From Acidobacteriota bacterium (GTDB taxonomy: Bacteria > Acidobacteriota > Thermoanaerobaculia > Gp7-AA8), in the NCBI GenBank assembly GCA_021325515.1, contig JAJPHC010000054.1:147874-211873 (forward strand): a stretch of DNA of 64,000 nt, read 5' to 3'. The notes under the pieces were generated by a model. That model was not told the DNA's origin and searched no databases. It worked only from the letters and a program-made list of their open reading frames with translations. The position numbers and the translations under genes were made by a program. This document shows, piece after piece, positions 10,077 through 18,808 of the stretch; position 1 is the stretch's first letter; every line of letters begins with the position of its first letter.

Positions 10077-10373
10077 ATGAGAATCGCACTCCCCCACAAC
10101 ACCACTCGTGAAGAAGCCAAACGGAAGATTGAACAGCGCCTCTCGAACCTTGAACAGCAGTACGGCCACTACGCGACCGACATCGACAAGAACTGGGAAG
10201 GTGACCGTCTCAACTTCAACGTCAAGGCGAAGGGAATGACGGGCAGCGGTTTCGTCGAGGTGACGGACAGCGAAATCATCCTGGACGGAAAACTCCCGCT
10301 GATGGCCCGCCCCTTCGAATCGCGCATCAAGAGCACCATCGAGCGCGAAGCCGAATCGATGTTCAGGGCGTAA
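10077..10373 (+). CDS. polyhydroxyalkanoic acid system family protein (TIGR02610-like), about 98 aa
   Basis: Pattern ..NWEGDRLNFNVKAKGMTGSGFVEVTDSEIILDGKLPLMA..IKSTIERE matches the small PHA-system protein family as remembered. The start is taken at MRIALPH. Confidence 0.55.
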   Translation: MRIALPHNTTREEAKRKIEQRLSNLEQQYGHYATDIDKNWEGDRLNFNVKAKGMTGSGFVEVTDSEIILDGKLPLMARPFESRIKSTIEREAESMFRA

Positions 10374-10449
10374 CGCCTCATCCTGAGCGAGGCGAAGGAT
10401 CAACGAGGGGAAATGCTCGGGTGATCCCTCGCTTTCGCTCGGATACGAA

Positions 10450-10668
10450 TTACGCGTCGAGGTGCAGAATCTTCTTCAGCGCTTCGTAATTCGGATCGAC
10501 GAACAGGCGTCCATCGACTTCCACTGCGGGATCGGTCCCGAGGTGCACGGTGCTCGACTTAACGTCGTCGGCGCGCACAAGTTCATGATCCACGTGATAT
10601 CGCGACAGAAAGCCTGCGATCAGGCTCGTTTTCTGCCGTTTACTGCCGGGGAAAAACCGTACGGTCAT
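10450..10668 (-). CDS. small thioredoxin/glutaredoxin-fold-like protein lacking the CxxC motif (72 aa)
   Basis: Length and pattern (M.V.F..G.......A..L..Y.V.H..V..DDV) resemble glutaredoxin-like proteins but no cysteines are present. Weak call. Confidence 0.35.
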   Translation of the reverse strand: MTVRFFPGSKRQKTSLIAGFLSRYHVDHELVRADDVKSSTVHLGTDPAVEVDGRLFVDPNYEALKKILHLDA

Positions 10669-10752
10669 CTTCCCCTCCTCTCACACCCGGTTTACTGCGG
10701 GAGCTCTATGTAGTTAAACGAGTTTACGAACGGTAAGCCCGTTTGGTTCTGA

Positions 10753-11946
10753 ATGTCAAATAACGCCGGATTCCCGGCGTATACTCTCTCCAACGTGGGG
10801 TTCGTCCGCCTCATACTCAAGAACGCACTGCGAAATCGGCGCCGGACTGCGCTGACGATCCTCAGCGTCGCCGTTTCCCTCTTTCTCCTCGTCAGCCTGC
10901 GCACGCTCGTCCTCGAGATGCGGGGCGACACTCTCATGACGAAGCAGTCGAGCCAGCGGCTCATCACCCGCAGCGCCGTCTCGCTGCAGATCCCGCTGCC
11001 GATCGCCTACAAGGAGAAGCTGGCGCGCATTCCCGGCGTGCTACGCGTGTCGGAATACCAGTGGATTCCGAGCTGGTATCGCGAACCGAACGTGCCGCTG
11101 GTGATCATCGCGTGCGACCCGAAGTTCATGGGGACTGACCCGCAATATGCGATTCCGCCCGCCGAACTGGAAGCATTTCGCGCCGACCGCACCGGCATCA
11201 TCGTCCCCGAAAAGATGATGAAGAAGTACGACTGGAAGATCGGCCAGCGCATCACGTTGAAGAGCTCCGTCTTCCCCTTCGACGTCGAAGGAACGATTCG
11301 CGGGCGCTTCACCGGACCGTCGCAGAATGCGCTCTTCTGCTGGTTCGACTACTTCAACGAGATGGTGCGCCGCACGATCCCGGACCGCGCAGACAAGTCG
11401 ATGGCCTTCGTCGAGATGACGCGCAGCGCGGATGTCACGCCGCAGGTCGCGCGGGCGATCGACGAGATGTTCGCCAACTCGATCGCGCCCACGCGCAGCG
11501 AATCGGAGCACAACTTCGTGCAGGGCTTCTCCGCGATGCTCGGCAACGTGACGCTCTTCATCTCCGCAATCGCCGCCGCCGTGGTCTTCGCAATCGTGCT
11601 GGTCACCACGAACACGATGTCGATGACCGTCCGCGAGCGCCGGCAGGAGATCGCCGTGCTGAAGACGATCGGCTATCGCCCGCATCACGTCGTCGCGCTG
11701 ATCGCCGGCGAATCCCTCGCCATCTCGATCGCCGGCGGCATCCTCGGCATCGGCGGCGCGCGCCTCTTCTTCCGCGTCTTCGACATCTACGATCTGACCA
11801 ACACCGTGATCCAGCAGTTCAACGTGACGAGCGAGACGGTCTCCTTCGCCGCGCTGCTCGCACTGGCGATGGGGATCGTCAGCTCGCTCATTCCCGCCAT
11901 CGGCGCGGCTCGCTCGCCGATTGCGAACACGCTGCGGGAAATCTGA
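10753..11946 (+). CDS. ABC transporter permease, FtsX/MacB-like
   Basis: N-terminal TM helix, large periplasmic domain, C-terminal 3-TM FtsX domain. Confidence 0.8.
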   Translation: MSNNAGFPAYTLSNVGFVRLILKNALRNRRRTALTILSVAVSLFLLVSLRTLVLEMRGDTLMTKQSSQRLITRSAVSLQIPLPIAYKEKLARIPGVLRVSEYQWIPSWYREPNVPLVIIACDPKFMGTDPQYAIPPAELEAFRADRTGIIVPEKMMKKYDWKIGQRITLKSSVFPFDVEGTIRGRFTGPSQNALFCWFDYFNEMVRRTIPDRADKSMAFVEMTRSADVTPQVARAIDEMFANSIAPTRSESEHNFVQGFSAMLGNVTLFISAIAAAVVFAIVLVTTNTMSMTVRERRQEIAVLKTIGYRPHHVVALIAGESLAISIAGGILGIGGARLFFRVFDIYDLTNTVIQQFNVTSETVSFAALLALAMGIVSSLIPAIGAARSPIANTLREI

Positions 11947-13088
11947 TGTTCGTACCGCTCAAGTACAACCTCCGCAATCTCGCGGTCCGCCGCACCGCAA
12001 CGCTGCTGACCGCGTTCGGCATCGCGGTCAGCGTCGCGGTCTTCGTCGCCGTCATGGCACTCGTGGAAGGAATGAAGAGAACGTTCGTGGAGACGGGCGA
12101 TCCGCTGAACATCATCGCGTTGCGGCGCGGAGCGATCAGCGAGACCGGCAGCATCATCGACGTTTCCGCGCCGGCGCTCATCCGCAATCTGCCGGGCGTC
12201 GCGACGATGTCCGCGGAGCGAATGGTCTATGTCAACACGGCGCGCCGCGAGGACAACAGCAGCGCCAACGTGGTCATCCGCGGCGTCAGCGACACCGGAA
12301 GAACGATGCGCCCGGAAGTGAGGCTCGTGAGCGGACGGTGGTATCAGCCCGGCTTGAGCGAGCTCACCGTCAGCCGATCGATCGCCTCCCGCTTCCGCGA
12401 CTGCGGACTCGGCGAGGAGCTGAGGACAGGCAGCGCAACGTGGAAGGTCGTCGGCATCTACGATGCGGGACACACGGCGTACTCCTCCGAGATGTGGACC
12501 GAGCCGGAGAGCATCGCCGCGACGTTCGAGCGCCGCGCGTGGTCCGACATCTTCATCCGCGCCTCATCGGCCGGCCAGGTGCCGTCGATCATCGCGATGA
12601 TCGAAGCCGAGCCGCGTCTCGATCTGAACGCGCAACGCGAGCTCGCCTACTTCCACGAACAGACGAAAGCCGCCGCACCTGTGCAGATCCTCGGCAACAT
12701 CGTGGCCATCATCATGGCCGCCGGCTCTGCGTTTGCCGCAATGAACACGATGTACGCGGCCGTCGGCTCGCGCACTCGCGAGATCGCCGTCCTCCGCGCC
12801 CTCGGCTTCTCAGGACACGCGGTCGCGCTGTCATTCATGTCGGAGGCGGTGCTGCTTTCCGTCGCAGGAGGCATTGCCGGCGGTCTGTGCACGCTTCCGC
12901 TGAACGGACTCGCGACCGGAACCGCGAACTGGTTCACCTTCGCCGAGATGAATTTCGAGTTCGCCATCACTCCGCTGCTGCTCGCTGAAGGTGTGGCGTT
13001 CGCGATCGCGATGGGACTCGTCGGAGGCGTGCTGCCGGCGCTGCGTGCGAGCCGGCTATCGGCAGCCGCGGCGATGCGTGCGCTGTAG
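11946..13088 (+). CDS. ABC transporter permease, FtsX/MacB-like (second paralog)
   Basis: Same architecture as the preceding gene. The start overlaps the upstream stop (ATGA). Confidence 0.8.
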   Translation: MFVPLKYNLRNLAVRRTATLLTAFGIAVSVAVFVAVMALVEGMKRTFVETGDPLNIIALRRGAISETGSIIDVSAPALIRNLPGVATMSAERMVYVNTARREDNSSANVVIRGVSDTGRTMRPEVRLVSGRWYQPGLSELTVSRSIASRFRDCGLGEELRTGSATWKVVGIYDAGHTAYSSEMWTEPESIAATFERRAWSDIFIRASSAGQVPSIIAMIEAEPRLDLNAQRELAYFHEQTKAAAPVQILGNIVAIIMAAGSAFAAMNTMYAAVGSRTREIAVLRALGFSGHAVALSFMSEAVLLSVAGGIAGGLCTLPLNGLATGTANWFTFAEMNFEFAITPLLLAEGVAFAIAMGLVGGVLPALRASRLSAAAAMRAL

Positions 13089-13097
13089 AACGATGCG

Positions 13098-14936
13098 CTA
13101 CGCCACGACCGCTTCGCGGTACTGAATCTCGTACAGCTTGCGATAGAGGCCTTCGATCTCCATCAGCTCTTCGTGCGTTCCGCGCTCGCGGATCTCGCCG
13201 TGATGGAACACGAGGATCGAATCGGCAGAGCGGATCGTCGAGAGGCGGTGAGCGATCACGATCGACGTGCGGCCGGCGAGCAGCGTCTGGATCGCCTCCT
13301 GGATCAGCCGTTCCGTCTCCGTGTCGATGGACGACGTGGCTTCGTCGAGAATCAGCACGGGCGGATCGAAGGCGAGCGCGCGGGCAAACGAGAGCAGTTG
13401 TTTCTCCCCGACCGAAAAACCCGCACCGCGCTCGCGCACGGCCGAGGAGTAACCCTCCGGCAGCCGCGAGATGAAGCGATCGGCCTGCACGCGGCGCGCC
13501 GCTTCGCGGATGGTCTCTTCGCTGATGTCCGGATCGCCGAGGGAGATGTTCTGGCCGACGGAACCGGTGAAGAGGAAGAAGTCCTGCTGCACGATGGCGA
13601 AGAGCCGGCGCAGCGATGCGAGCTTGTACTTGCGGATGTCGAGGCCATTGATGAGGATCTCGCCCTTCTGCGGTTCGTAGAAACGCAGAAGCAGTGCGGT
13701 GATCGTCGTCTTTCCCGCGCCCGTGTGCCCGACGAGCGCGACGCGCTCTCCCCGCTTCACGCTGAACGAGACGTGCTTGAGGACCCACTCCGGCTCGTTG
13801 TACGCGAAACAGACATCGCGAAACTCGATCGAGTCGAAATGCTCGAGCTCCAGCGTCCCCTCATCCCGGATCTTCACCTCGGTGTCGATCAGTTTGAAGA
13901 TCCGCTCGCTCGCCGCCATCGCCGCCTGCAGGATGTTGTACTTCTCGGAGAGGTCGGAGATCGGCTCGTAGAAGCGCTGCGCATACTGGAAGAAGGCGAT
14001 CAGCGCGCCGACCGACAGCATCCCTCTCACCACTTGTCCGCCGCCGAACCAGAGGATCAGCGCGATGCCGGCCGACTGAATCAACTCGATCACCGGATAG
14101 AAGACTGCGTAATAGAAGATCGAATCGATGTTCGCGTCGCGATGGCGCGCGTTCAACTGCTCGAACTTCTCCGCCTCCTTCTCCTCGCGGTTGAAGAGCT
14201 GCACCGTGGCGACGCCGGAGATGTGCTCCTGCAGAAATGCGTTGATCGCCGCGATGCGCGCACGCACCTGGCGGTACGTCTTGCGGGCACCCTGCCGGAA
14301 CCAGATCGAGATCAGGATGATGAACGGCGTGATCGAGAAGAGGACCAGCGACAAGCGCCAGTTCATCCAGAAGAGGACGCCGACGATGCCGATCAGCACG
14401 AAGATGTCGCCGAAGATCGCGACGAAGCCTGCGGTGAACATCTCGTTGAGCGCATCGACGTCGGTCGTCACACGCGTCATCAGGCGGCCGACGGGATTGC
14501 GATCGAAGAACTGCACGTCGAGCCGCTGCAGGTGCTCGAAGATCTGCTTGCGAAGGTCGTACATGATGTACTGCCCCATCAGATTCATCAGCACCATCTG
14601 CGAGTAGAGCACCGCGAAATTGCCGCACAGCACGATCATGTAGATGAGCGCGGCGGCATTGATCCCCATCAGAGGATCGGCGTTCCATCCATGCGCGGTG
14701 AGAAACTCGCCGATGCGCGCCGAGAGCCCGACAGGCTGCGTCCCGAGAGGCTTCACGAAGAGATCGATCGCGACCGCAACGATGGCCGGCCCCGCGATCT
14801 CCAGGATCGAAGAGAAAATCACCAGGATGACGGAGACGATCGCCCGCGCGCGATACGGCCGGAGATAGCGCAGCAGACGCCGCGCAAGATGCGGGTCGAA
14901 GGCCCTGCTTCCTTCGTCTTCGTGTCGTTCGTCCAT
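13098..14936 (-). CDS. ABC transporter ATP-binding/permease fusion protein (type I exporter half-transporter)
   Basis: 6-TM N-terminal domain. Walker A GHTGAGKTT. Signature LSGGEKQ-like. Walker B ILDEATS. Confidence 0.9.
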   Translation of the reverse strand: MDERHEDEGSRAFDPHLARRLLRYLRPYRARAIVSVILVIFSSILEIAGPAIVAVAIDLFVKPLGTQPVGLSARIGEFLTAHGWNADPLMGINAAALIYMIVLCGNFAVLYSQMVLMNLMGQYIMYDLRKQIFEHLQRLDVQFFDRNPVGRLMTRVTTDVDALNEMFTAGFVAIFGDIFVLIGIVGVLFWMNWRLSLVLFSITPFIILISIWFRQGARKTYRQVRARIAAINAFLQEHISGVATVQLFNREEKEAEKFEQLNARHRDANIDSIFYYAVFYPVIELIQSAGIALILWFGGGQVVRGMLSVGALIAFFQYAQRFYEPISDLSEKYNILQAAMAASERIFKLIDTEVKIRDEGTLELEHFDSIEFRDVCFAYNEPEWVLKHVSFSVKRGERVALVGHTGAGKTTITALLLRFYEPQKGEILINGLDIRKYKLASLRRLFAIVQQDFFLFTGSVGQNISLGDPDISEETIREAARRVQADRFISRLPEGYSSAVRERGAGFSVGEKQLLSFARALAFDPPVLILDEATSSIDTETERLIQEAIQTLLAGRTSIVIAHRLSTIRSADSILVFHHGEIRERGTHEELMEIEGLYRKLYEIQYREAVVA

Positions 14937-14948
14937 GTTTAATGAAGC

Positions 14949-15047
14949 AGTGACGAGTGATGAGTGACGAGTGATGAGTGAGAAGTGCTCTTCAACTCTT
15001 CACTCGTCACTCGTCACTCTTCACTCTTCACTCGTCACTCGTCACTC
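14949..15047. repeat. heptamer-tandem inverted-repeat hairpin element, copy 1 (GTGACGA/GTGATGA x5 ... CTCGTCA/CTCTTCA x7)
   Basis: Read directly. Intergenic between the two co-directional ABC exporter genes. The arms are reverse complements at the heptamer level. Confidence 0.6.
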
Positions 15048-15049
15048 CC

Positions 15050-16795
15050 CTAAGCAATCTCCTCGATCTCGTCTTCCAGCGTCTGCCGGCGGTAGAGATC
15101 GGCGTAGTAACCGCCATGCGCGAGCAGCGACTCGTGCGTACCGCGCTCGACGATCCGGCCATCATCGAGCACGATGATGTGATCCGCATCCTTCACTGAC
15201 GAGACGCGATGCGAGACGACGAGCGCGGTTCTTCCCTTCCTCACCTCGCGCAGCGCGTTGAGGATCCGCTCTTCCGTGGCGGTGTCCACGGCGCTGAGCG
15301 AATCATCGAGAATGAGCACCAGCGGATTGCGGACGAGCGCACGCGCAATCGCGGTGCGCTGTTTCTGCCCGCCCGACAAGGTGATGCCTCGCTCGCCGAT
15401 CACGGTGCCGAGGCCCTGCGGAAATCCGGCAACGTCGGTGGAGAGTCCGGCCAGACGCGCCGCTTCGCCCACTTCCTCATCGGTCGCATCTCCACGCCCG
15501 AAGCGGATGTTCTCCGCAAGCGACTCCGAAAAGAGGAACGTCTCCTGCGGCACGATGCCGGTCAGTGAACGAAGCTGGCGCAACTGCATCGTCTCCACCG
15601 GCACACCGTCGAGAAAGATCGACGATGCGGGCGGCTCGAACGTGCGCGTGATCAGCGACAGCAGCGTCGACTTGCCGCTGCCGGTGCGGCCGACGATGCC
15701 GATCGTCTCTCCGGCACGAACCTGCATGTTGATGTTGCGCAGAACGGGCTGCGTTCCGGTCGGATAGGTGAACGTCAGATCGCGAATGTCGATGTCGCCG
15801 CGGATCTCTCCTTCGATGCGCGTGCCCGCATCCGGCGACACGCCGGACGAAATGGACCAGACGTCGTGCAGCCGCTGCATCGACGCCATTCCGCGCTGGA
15901 AGAGATTGATGACCCATCCGAGTGCGATCAGCGGCCAGATCATTCGCCCGAGATAGAACTGGAAGGCGACGAAGGAACCGATGGTCATCGAGTGCGCGAG
16001 GATGCGGCGCGACCCGAGGAAGAAGATGAAGACGAACATCAGACCGATGAGGGCGTGCAGTGCCGGATAGAACGTCGCGGTCAGCCGGATCAGCGAACGG
16101 TTGCGGTTCACGTACTCGCGATTCATCGCCTTGAACGCGCCGATCTCGTGCTGCTCCTGCGTGAAGGCGCGCACCACACGCACGCCGGAGAGGTTCTCCT
16201 GCACCCGCGCGGAGATATCGCCGAAGTAGTCCTGCACGGACTTGAAGCGGAGGTGAATCCGCTGGCCGAAGAACTTCACGAGGAAAACGATGACCGGCAC
16301 GGACGACAGCGCCGTGAGCGCCATCATTCGGTCGATGCGCAGCATCATGATGAACGCGCCGGCCACGACGATCAGCGAAGAAAACGAATGCATCACCGCC
16401 GGGCCGATCAGCATGCGCACCGAAGAGAGATCGTTGGTCGCACGCGACATCAGATCGCCGGTGCGCTGCTCCTGGTAATACGACACGGGCAGCTGCTGCA
16501 GGTGATCGTAGAAGTCGTTGCGCATCTCGTATTCGATGTGCCGCGACACTCCGATGATGATCCAGCGCTGGAGGTAGAGAAAGACGCCTTCGACGGCGGC
16601 GACGGCCACGAAGAGAAGTCCGTAACGGAAGAATGTCGCGCGCGTCGCGGCCTTCGACAGCTCATCCACGGCGTTGCCGACGATCGCCGGCTTCATCAGC
16701 GAGAACGCGGCGGAGCCCAGGACGCAGAGTCCACCGAGTAGAAGTGGCGTCCTGTGGCGAGCGAAGTAGTGCAGGAGGCGGCGAAGCGGGGTCAC
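15050..16795 (-). CDS. ABC transporter ATP-binding/permease fusion protein (partner half-transporter)
   Basis: 6-TM domain. Walker A GRTGSGKST. LSGGQKQR signature. Walker B ILDDSLS. Confidence 0.9.
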   Translation of the reverse strand: MTPLRRLLHYFARHRTPLLLGGLCVLGSAAFSLMKPAIVGNAVDELSKAATRATFFRYGLLFVAVAAVEGVFLYLQRWIIIGVSRHIEYEMRNDFYDHLQQLPVSYYQEQRTGDLMSRATNDLSSVRMLIGPAVMHSFSSLIVVAGAFIMMLRIDRMMALTALSSVPVIVFLVKFFGQRIHLRFKSVQDYFGDISARVQENLSGVRVVRAFTQEQHEIGAFKAMNREYVNRNRSLIRLTATFYPALHALIGLMFVFIFFLGSRRILAHSMTIGSFVAFQFYLGRMIWPLIALGWVINLFQRGMASMQRLHDVWSISSGVSPDAGTRIEGEIRGDIDIRDLTFTYPTGTQPVLRNINMQVRAGETIGIVGRTGSGKSTLLSLITRTFEPPASSIFLDGVPVETMQLRQLRSLTGIVPQETFLFSESLAENIRFGRGDATDEEVGEAARLAGLSTDVAGFPQGLGTVIGERGITLSGGQKQRTAIARALVRNPLVLILDDSLSAVDTATEERILNALREVRKGRTALVVSHRVSSVKDADHIIVLDDGRIVERGTHESLLAHGGYYADLYRRQTLEDEIEEIA

Positions 16796-16808
16796 GAGAT
16801 CCTCAACT

Positions 16809-17180
16809 CTACAACGGTTCCTTCAAGGGCAGACGGCGCATCTCCTGCAGCACGATGCGAAGAACAGACCCGAGCGTGAAACCGGGCGGGAATGCATGCG
16901 GAATGCGGAGCCCTGCGCCGGCGAGCTCGAGAAAGTCGATGGGCGGCTTCCGCCGCGCGAGGACATGCGCAAGACGCCGCGGCAGATCTTCTCGATCATC
17001 CGCATTGAGGTGCAGCGGCTGCAGGTAGTAGCCGAAGTGCATCCTCTGCAGCGAAGGCGTGCCGCCGGAGAATTCCGGCAGCGTGACGCTGAGCGTGAGC
17101 GAGCCGAAGATCCAGTTCTCCTGCGCGAACTCACCGCGCCAGTGATCTTCCTCCGCCTCGGTGAGATGCTCGAGTCGCAT
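16809..17180 (-). CDS. hypothetical protein (123 aa), translationally coupled upstream of the ABC exporter pair
   Basis: ORF ends 14 bp before the ABC gene start. No family recognised. Confidence 0.45.
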   Translation of the reverse strand: MRLEHLTEAEEDHWRGEFAQENWIFGSLTLSVTLPEFSGGTPSLQRMHFGYYLQPLHLNADDREDLPRRLAHVLARRKPPIDFLELAGAGLRIPHAFPPGFTLGSVLRIVLQEMRRLPLKEPL

Positions 17181-17446
17181 CAGGCCTGGGGCGACATCTT
17201 GCGCAGTCCGGCGACGATCTCATCCATCTTCGCCTGATGGAAGTCGTTGACCACGCGCTGCAGATCGGCCTCGGGCGTTGCGCTCAGATCTTCGTTGTAG
17301 ACCTTCTTGAGCGCGCCGGCGAGATAGACCTTGGTTTCGATGCGCCAGTTCGGATTCGAGAAGAACTCGGTCTGAATCGTCAGCTTCTTCGCACCGATGT
17401 CGAAGGCGTCGAGACGTCCCATAGGCGGGTTGGATGGTGCAGGCAT
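17180..17446 (-). CDS. small hypothetical protein (about 89 aa)
   Basis: C-terminal part of the 233-aa ORF starting at internal Met MPAPSNPPMGRLDAF. The region upstream is Arg-rich and looks like GC-driven artefact. Stop overlaps the next gene start (ATGA). Confidence 0.4.
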   Translation of the reverse strand: MPAPSNPPMGRLDAFDIGAKKLTIQTEFFSNPNWRIETKVYLAGALKKVYNEDLSATPEADLQRVVNDFHQAKMDEIVAGLRKMSPQA

Positions 17447-17583
17447 GGCGCAATCGTATGCCGAGCGAAGTCGAGGCATCAACGGCGGCGCCGCGTCAGG
17501 TTCGGCTGAGGCAGGGCAGGTGGCCAATCCAAGGGGGCGCCATCGCTGATCCCTCCGCTCGCTTCGCTCGGTCGGGATTGTGG

Positions 17584-18756
17584 CTACGTGCTTCTCCGCA
17601 CGCTCCTCCGGCACTTCGCTTCCGCGCGCTGTTCGATCTGGCGGACGCGCTCGCGCGAGAGATTCAGGATCTCGCCGATGTCGCGCAACGTGAGCTCGTC
17701 GTCCTGCATGACTCCGTAGCGGAGCTTGAGCACGGTCTTCTCTTCGAGCGTCAGTTCTTCGACGGCCTTCTGCACGCGGCCCTGTTGCTTGATCTGATCG
17801 AGGTAGGGAACGCGCGCCTGATCGATCTGCGGCGACATCCCCGGCGAGTGATCGCCGAGCTCGTACCAGAATCGCCACCACGCTTTCGCATTCGGGTTGG
17901 TGTACAGCAGCAGACCCGCCAGCTCGCTCTCGGTGATGTCGAGCGCGTCGCAGACCCGCCGCTTCGCGCGATCGAGGATGCTGCCGACATTTTCCGGTTC
18001 GCGCGTGAGGAACGACGCGATCTCTTCGACCTTCTTCGGCACGTTGTCCGTCACGCCGTGCCGCAGCGTCAGCACGAGCCGCTCTTTCGGCGAGAGCTCC
18101 GCGATGTGCAGCAGCAGCTCCTCGCGACGCGACTGCTCCTGCATCTCATCTTCCGCCGATGGAATCGAAGTCTGCTCGATCACGTCGGCGAGCTCCGTGT
18201 GCGACTCGTCATCGAGCTCCGCATTCAGCGAGAAGTTGTCGCTGTTCGCGTGCATCAGCGTCTGCACTTCCTTCACCGTGACGCCGAGCGTCACCGCCAG
18301 CTCTTCCGGCGTCGGAATGCGATTGCCCTCGGTGATCGCGTGCGCAATCGCCTTCTCGAGGCGATACATCAGATTGGCCCGCTTCGGAGGGAGACGGAAT
18401 GCGCCTCCCTGTTCCGAGAGCGCATGCAGAATCGCCTGGCGAATCCACCAGACCGCGTACGTGATGAACTTCACGTTCTTGTCGGGGTCGTACTTCTTCG
18501 CGGCATGGATGAGGCCGATGTTCCCCTCGTTGATCAGGTCGAGGAAGAGGACGTGCGCATTGCGATAGCGCTTGGCGTAGGAAACGACGAAGCGGAGATT
18601 CGCCTTGACGAGCTCCTCCAGTGCGATCTTGTCGTTCTGCTGCACACGGCGGCCGAGCTCCTTCTCGCGCTCAGGAGTCAGGCGCGGGATGCGCGCAATC
18701 TCCTGCAGATACTGATTCAGGAGATCGTAGTCCTCACGTTCGTCGAACCGGGCCAT
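17584..18756 (-). CDS. RNA polymerase sigma-70 family factor (RpoD-like group) with duplicated region-4-like segment
   Basis: Region 2 motifs DLINEGNIGLIHAAKKYDP..FITYAVWWIRQAI. Region 4 motif LTLEEKTVLKLRYG...TLRDIGEILNLSRERVRQIEQRA. An additional degenerate region-4-like LSPKERLVLTLRHG lies upstream. Confidence 0.85.
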   Translation of the reverse strand: MARFDEREDYDLLNQYLQEIARIPRLTPEREKELGRRVQQNDKIALEELVKANLRFVVSYAKRYRNAHVLFLDLINEGNIGLIHAAKKYDPDKNVKFITYAVWWIRQAILHALSEQGGAFRLPPKRANLMYRLEKAIAHAITEGNRIPTPEELAVTLGVTVKEVQTLMHANSDNFSLNAELDDESHTELADVIEQTSIPSAEDEMQEQSRREELLLHIAELSPKERLVLTLRHGVTDNVPKKVEEIASFLTREPENVGSILDRAKRRVCDALDITESELAGLLLYTNPNAKAWWRFWYELGDHSPGMSPQIDQARVPYLDQIKQQGRVQKAVEELTLEEKTVLKLRYGVMQDDELTLRDIGEILNLSRERVRQIEQRAEAKCRRSVRRST

Positions 18757-18808
18757 GCATTCTCTTGAGGAGCAGACATTCTACGCCCTCACGGTAGAAT
18801 CGAAGTTC

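Noticed and set aside
13173-14942. 589-aa plus-strand ORF antisense to the ABC exporter gene
   Set aside because: Shadow ORF of a Walker-motif-supported gene. The product is low-complexity and R/D/E-rich.
14940-15050. Possible CRISPR array suggested by short tandem repeats (also at 38452-38538 and 44368-44445)
   Set aside because: The units are 7 bp with no spacers and are arranged as inverted tandem blocks forming hairpins. This is not CRISPR architecture, and no cas genes are present.
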